The notes beneath the pieces were generated by a model that worked only from the letters and a program-made list of their open reading frames with translations, had not been told where the DNA came from and did no database searches. Source: Campylobacterales bacterium (GTDB lineage: Bacteria > Campylobacterota > Campylobacteria > Campylobacterales > Sulfurimonadaceae). From it: a stretch of 64,000 bases of DNA. The stretch is from NCBI GenBank assembly GCA_016938735.1, contig JAFGUB010000015.1, positions 4,806 through 68,805 of the forward strand, written 5' to 3'. Each line of letters starts with the position of its first letter. Position 1 is the first letter of the stretch. Both the position numbers and the translations under genes were made by a program. Of this stretch, positions 59,311-64,000 are shown one piece after another.

Positions 59311-60264
59311 TCAATCGGTGAAACTCGGCACATAGGTTGTGTAGCTCACCTGCTGACCGACAGCGTCGTCGGCATAGACCGAACCCGCCTCGTTTTGCCA
59401 CACCGACACCGTAGTCCCTTCCGAACCGACCAGCCGAAGTTTAGTGCTCGTTTGTCCGTCTACCAAGCCGCTCTCGAGATACTGGTTTGAATTGAGCGCC
59501 ACCTTCCATTGCGGGGCGTTTAGGTTCATGGTCGTCTTAACGTAATAGAAGATGCCTTTGCTTTTGATCACTTCTCCAAAAAAGGCCACCGATCCAAGAT
59601 GTTTATCCGTAAAGGTCGCGTCCACGTCGTACTGTTGCGCATGCTGACCGTCCGAGAACGTCCCTTTAAAAACGGTGAAGTAGCTCACGCCCGTGCATCC
59701 GTAGTAATGCTCCTGTTTGTAGCTTAGATCCATCAGCGTGTTTTCGTTGTAGGTCAGATCAATATCGTTCCCCTCTCCGACCATTTTAAAACGAAAACCC
59801 TTTTCGATGGCTCCGGAGATACCGCGATAGCTTGCGTATTTGTCGGCTATATTGTATAGATAGGTGATATCTCTGGCATTCACGGTTCCGTGAAGGTAGA
59901 TACCAAGCGTGCCGAAGTTCATCTGGCACTTGTTAAAAACATGTTTACCGATCTGCTTCGTGGCATATTCGCTGTTGACGTAGGTGATATCGATTGTCCC
60001 GCCGTCGTTACATGTAAGCTGCTCCGCCATACCGCTGAAATTTTCGTGCAACAGCTCAAAAATGCCGGGTAGATAGGTTGAAACGCTCATGATACCGTAA
60101 GCGCGGAATCCGTTTTCGGCATTGGCCTGCGCCAGCTTCAAACCACCTCCACCTCCACCTCCACCTCCACCTCCACCTCCATCACCATCACCGCCGCCTC
60201 CACCGCCTCCGCATCCCGAGATCGCAAAAACGGTCAATAGGGAGATCAACCACTTTTTCATCAT
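59311..60264 (-). CDS. Lipoprotein with poly-Gly/Asp linker
   Basis: Signal peptide plus lipobox (LLTVFAISGC), followed by GGGGGGGDGDGGGGGGGGGGGG, then a ~270-aa beta-rich domain. No family recognised. Confidence 0.7.
   Translation of the reverse strand: MMKKWLISLLTVFAISGCGGGGGGGDGDGGGGGGGGGGGGGLKLAQANAENGFRAYGIMSVSTYLPGIFELLHENFSGMAEQLTCNDGGTIDITYVNSEYATKQIGKHVFNKCQMNFGTLGIYLHGTVNARDITYLYNIADKYASYRGISGAIEKGFRFKMVGEGNDIDLTYNENTLMDLSYKQEHYYGCTGVSYFTVFKGTFSDGQHAQQYDVDATFTDKHLGSVAFFGEVIKSKGIFYYVKTTMNLNAPQWKVALNSNQYLESGLVDGQTSTKLRLVGSEGTTVSVWQNEAGSVYADDAVGQQVSYTTYVPSFTD
60143..60210 (-). repeat. Hexanucleotide/trinucleotide simple repeat (CCACCT)6 plus degenerate GGN-type tail, encoding the poly-Gly linker
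   Basis: CCACCT occurs six times at 60143-60178, followed by CCATCACCATCACCGCCGCCTCCACCGCCTCC. Confidence 0.9.
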
Positions 60265-60324
60265 ACCCTCCTCTTCTAGGTTTCTAATACAACGCTACTC
60301 CGGCGCGGCTTAATAAGATGTAAA

Positions 60325-60422
60325 GTCGAGATCACTCCGCCAAGCCACCAAAGCAATCGACGTCGGGGTGCTGTGTATCGTTGAACCGGTGATGGGGGCG
60401 CGCTTTTGCCGTTTTTATGTAT
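60325..60422 (+). repeat. Decayed partial copy of the 3' part of the 150-aa gene (source 59041-59268)
   Basis: GTCGAGATCAC[T/C]CCGC, a 59-bp block (60344-60402 versus 59104-59162, about 55/59 identical) and GCGCTTTTGCCGT[T/C]TTTATGTA are collinear. Internal deletions separate them. Confidence 0.8.
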
Positions 60423-60441
60423 GTCGCGTCGATTCCGCTCC

Positions 60442-61443
60442 TTAGGGTTGAAGCGCAAAGACCGAATCGAGCTGCGCTTCGCTGAGGCGCACGCCCATGA
60501 AATGCTCATAAAAGAGGCGTGCTTCACGGCGCACATCCACATCCGCAAAGCGTTCTGGATAGAGCTTCGTCGCCATCCAGAGTCGCCCCAGCGGTTGTTC
60601 CGGAGTGTAGTGCGTCCAGAAGTGAGCGCCCATCGGCACGATATAGACCGCCTTATTTTGTACCGCTTTGAGCAAGGCGAATTTCGGCTCACGGTAGGCC
60701 AGTGCCACATCCTGCGCCGACCAAACGAAAAGCACATCCGGATTCCACGCATAGAGCTGCTCTAGAGTGATGTTAACGTGTTCCATCGGAACCTGCGCCG
60801 CAACGGCTGTACCTCCCGCGTCACGAATCATCGTATTGGCCGTTGAGACCATCGGCAAATTGAGCTGCCCCAGCCGCAGATAGAGTGCGCTAGAGCGCTC
60901 TCCTTGGTACTCCGCCATCGCTTGATCGATACGCTCCCTGATCGACTTCTCCCATGCGCGGTAGCGCACGACGCGCTCTTGCATTCCGAAAAGTTGACCC
61001 AAAAAAGCGACGCTCTGATCAATGCTCCGCTCGCCTTGCCAGTTGATGACGGCGAAGGTATAACCGCGTTTTTGGAGCACATCCGCCGCCAGCGTGTCAT
61101 TCACCAGCGCCACGTCTACATGTAAGGTCGAGAGTTTTTCAAAATCGGGCGTCCAGTCAGGCGGATTACGCGACACCTGCGGACGGCTAAGCACCTTAGG
61201 ATCGAACCATTGTTGATGCTTCCAAAAGGGCATTTTAGAGAGCGGCGGCTCTGCGCCGTTGACGAGTGTATCGGCTTTGCCGAAGAGATAGATGAAGCTG
61301 TTGAGCGCCGGAGTACCGCCGACCGTGGCAACATGCCTGACGTCCGCAGGTACGATCACTTCGCGCCCCGCCCTATCGACCAGCATCCTGCTTTCTGCGG
61401 ACAACCACAGCGCTGCGCTTAGCAGCAGTATCAGCGCACGCAT
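60442..61443 (-). CDS. ABC transporter periplasmic substrate-binding protein (iron-siderophore/cobalamin type)
   Basis: 333 aa with a signal peptide. The PBP type 8-like pattern is RHVATVGGTPALNS...PDVLFVW. It is adjacent to the TonB-dependent receptor. Confidence 0.8.
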   Translation of the reverse strand: MRALILLLSAALWLSAESRMLVDRAGREVIVPADVRHVATVGGTPALNSFIYLFGKADTLVNGAEPPLSKMPFWKHQQWFDPKVLSRPQVSRNPPDWTPDFEKLSTLHVDVALVNDTLAADVLQKRGYTFAVINWQGERSIDQSVAFLGQLFGMQERVVRYRAWEKSIRERIDQAMAEYQGERSSALYLRLGQLNLPMVSTANTMIRDAGGTAVAAQVPMEHVNITLEQLYAWNPDVLFVWSAQDVALAYREPKFALLKAVQNKAVYIVPMGAHFWTHYTPEQPLGRLWMATKLYPERFADVDVRREARLFYEHFMGVRLSEAQLDSVFALQP

Positions 61444-61444
61444 A

Positions 61445-63547
61445 TCAGTAGTGCAGATTCAGGCTTGCCACGACCGAAAAGGGGGCACCCTGATAGTAGT
61501 TTGTCGATCCCGGACGGGTGTCGTCTAGGCTGTTGGCGACCACGCCGACATATTTTTGGTTGGCGAGATTTTGTACGGCCAGCGTCACTTCGGCATGTTG
61601 CGGATCGATCACATAAGCGCCCGTCAGATCCACCACCGCATACGGATGAACCGTCTCTTTGTTTTCGGCGTCTCCGAAACGTTCGCCGACATAACGCAGC
61701 ATCGGACTCAGACGCCACCCTTGCGCTTTGAACGTCAGCCCCACTTTTGCGCCGACACGCGCCACATCGGGAATCTGCTTGCCTTTTGAAGCGAGATAGC
61801 GATCACTTGATAGCAAGATATCCTCATCAAAGGCGAAGCGGTTGTAATAACCCGAGGCAAACATCCCCAGCGCCTTGGAGAGTATCAGGTTCAGCTCGGC
61901 TTCGGCACCCATCGAAGTGGCCGAAGCGTTGCTTTTGTAGTAGCTCAGCTCCAGCGCCGGATCGTAGACCGTCACCTGTTTATGATCGTACGCGCCGTAA
62001 AAGAGGCCCACTTTGGCACCGACCGTATCGTCTGCGTAGCGCACGAAGAGCTCGACGTTATCCGAAGTCTCAAGCTTGAGCTCATCCCAAAGATCCTGCA
62101 GCGATATTCCTGCGGCGGTGAATTTAGCGGTATTGGAGTTATAGACCGACCATAGCGGCCCCTGCCACGGATTGGCGAAATTACGGCTGTAACCGCCGCC
62201 TAGAATAAGCGCGGAGGAGAGATAGCGCTCAACGATCAGGCTTGGCAACACGACCGCTTCGTCGCTTGCATCGACCTGCATTCCGGCATACAGATGCGTC
62301 TGATCGAAGGCCACATCGTAACTGAGATAGGGTGAACTTGATACACGCTGATCGATATCGTTGAGCATGGCGATACTTTTGTACTCAAGCGAACCGTTGG
62401 GTTTGATTGCAAACATCTTGGTCATCTTCGGCGGCGGCGTACTCTCTAGGCTCTGATACCACCACCCCGCCAGAAGCGTGCCGCCCAAAAGCGGATACTC
62501 CGCCTCGACGAGTGCGCCGTAGGCCTCTTGCGTCTGATCAATGCGCTGAACCATTTTGTTGGAAGGGTTGCCCGTATAACGCTCTCCTTCGTTGCCGAAC
62601 ATGTAGGGTTTGAAGTGCAGCGTCGCCTCACCCAGCGTTACATGTAAGCCCGCTTTGAGGGCGTATTCGTCAAACGACTGTCGGTAAAAATCGTAATAAT
62701 TGATGTCCTCAGCCGCATTGCCGGTGAGTTTGGTGTTGTAATCTTTGGCATAATTTTAGGAGAGTGCTTTGGTTTGCGCATAGGTGAGCGGGCGGTACTC
62801 ATGTCGTTCAAAACGGTTGTAGGCACCGAAGAGATCCGCTTTGACCGTATCGCCGAGATCCCACTCGATCATCGCCGAGAAGTTGTCGCGTTTGATATCG
62901 CCCTCCCCGCGCCACTTCTCATTCGACGCGCGTGAACCGGAAGCAAACAGACCAAATCCGCCATAAACGCCGCTGTCCAGACGCAAAAAGAGTTTGTTGT
63001 AGCGATCCGAACCCAGCGCGGCGGAAAAGTGCGCCGACGGTACGGCGGATGGGTGCTGAATCTTCATATCCAGCGCTCCGGCGGTACTGCCCAGACCCAA
63101 AGCGCGGTTGACGGGGATGATGCCGTTGGCAAACGATACCCCCTCGATATTCTCACGATCTACGACGTAGCCCGATCCGCTCTGACCGACGTTAACCGCG
63201 AAAGGGACGCCGTCGATCGTCGTGGAGATGCGGCTGAATGTATCTCCTACCTGTCCGCGAACCCGTAGAATATTCTGATCGACGGTGAGCGCGTAGGGGT
63301 CATGCGTCTCGACGTTGACTGATGGCAGCATCAGCAAACTCTTAAAATAGTTGGTCGATGTCGTCGCTTGCAGGGTCTCTAGCATCTGCGCACTGACCGT
63401 ACGTTCCATCACGCCGTCACTGCCCGAAAACGGCTCTTGCAACGCTCCGCTGACACTCACCGGAGCAATCTCAACACTCTGAGCCTGCAGCAGTGTTGCG
63501 GCGACCAGAGAGCCAAAAGCCGCTCTGCTTACTGAAAATCCAAACAT
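61445..63547 (-). pseudogene. TonB-dependent outer-membrane receptor with in-frame TAA at 62756-62758
   Basis: The signal peptide and plug domain lie in ORF 62756..63547. The same frame continues after the TAA (NYAKDYNTKLTG...) into the barrel ORF 61445..62602. The total is about 700 codons. Confidence 0.8.
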
Positions 63548-63697
63548 ACCTTATCCTTGTATCTATTTTGATATAACGAATCATGCCCTAAATTAGGCTC
63601 TTTAAAAATAAACATCCCGCTTTTGAATGTTTAGTTTTTAACCAAACGGAGTGGCTTACATGTAACATGCGGAGAATGTCAGCGCATCACCAGGGCG

Positions 63698-64000
63698 CTA
63701 GAGCGCCTCGATATACACTTTCACGTCGCTACTAGGGGCGCCGTAGGGGGCGGAAGTGACGATGATGTCGGCTCCGCACGCCGCGTATTCGCGCACGTTT
63801 TGTAGGGTGATGCCGCCGGTGGCGATCAGTTTGAGATGGACGAACTCCGTCTGAAGCGCCTGCACGCTCTGACGCAAACGCTCAATCGGAAACTTCTCAA
63901 GCTGCAGAATGTCCGCGCCCATACGGGCGAATTTTTGGGCCTCTTCGAGCGAATGCACCTCAATAACCAGCGGTTTTTCGGGGGCGTGGCGCTTTACATG
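63698..64000 (-). CDS. NadC/ModD-family phosphoribosyltransferase, 3' part (5' end outside window)
   Basis: C-terminal blocks GADILQLEKF, LIATGGI and GADIIVTSAPY are typical of the QPRTase/ModD fold. The frame is open to the window edge. Confidence 0.7.
   Translation of the reverse strand, partial: HVKRHAPEKPLVIEVHSLEEAQKFARMGADILQLEKFPIERLRQSVQALQTEFVHLKLIATGGITLQNVREYAACGADIIVTSAPYGAPSSDVKVYIEAL

Noticed and set aside
60143-60210. CCACCT repeat as a phase-variation on/off switch
   Set aside because: The repeat unit is a multiple of 3 nt and encodes Gly. Slippage would change linker length, not the reading frame.
63570-63584. Possible Fur box (GATATAACGAATCAT) upstream of the TonB-dependent receptor
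   Set aside because: It matches the GATAATGATAATCATTATC consensus only weakly and sits in generally AT-rich DNA. That is not enough to call a site.

Overview
This is a 64-kb chromosomal window, roughly 55-60% GC by eye. Gene order is typical of Campylobacterota (cheY-prmA-ftsH-pssA, hisA/hisH, waaC-lpxL, a 14-gene nuo cluster). The left third carries housekeeping genes: purine permease, a two-component system, serS, a TPR protein, pssA, ftsH, prmA, cheY, hisAH, waaC, lpxL, dimeric dUTPase, cobB, merTP-like genes and a GGDEF protein. In the centre, the NADH:quinone oxidoreductase operon nuoA-N is split between nuoB and nuoC. The split is caused by a ~13.5-kb, oppositely oriented, compositionally mosaic type I R-M / defence island. 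On the minus strand the island reads: hsdM, two DUF1016/YhcG nucleases, an ORF6N protein, hsdS, an RloC/PrrC-like ATPase, two unknown small ORFs, RhuM, Fic and a frameshifted hsdR. I see no integrase or transposase in it. A copy of the nuoA promoter/leader is duplicated directly in front of nuoC. The right part holds a decayed paralogous two-component system, a Tat-exported 5'-nucleotidase, a pirin, a poly-Gly lipoprotein, an iron-type ABC binding protein with a TonB-dependent receptor, and a NadC/ModD-family gene. The most striking signal is not a gene. The 10-bp palindrome TTACATGTAA (extended consensus GCTTACATGTAAGC) occurs at least 32 times exactly, plus about 11 one-off variants. It lies in coding and non-coding DNA on both strands, at a density comparable to known DNA uptake sequences, and is absent from the low-GC part of the island. 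Other notable points: a conserved 17-bp cassette junction repeated at four gene boundaries inside the hsd locus; a 39-bp nested tandem duplication that places a stop codon in nuoC; and at least seven in-frame nonsense codons plus one or two frameshifts in otherwise recognisable genes. I found no rRNA, tRNA or CRISPR array.
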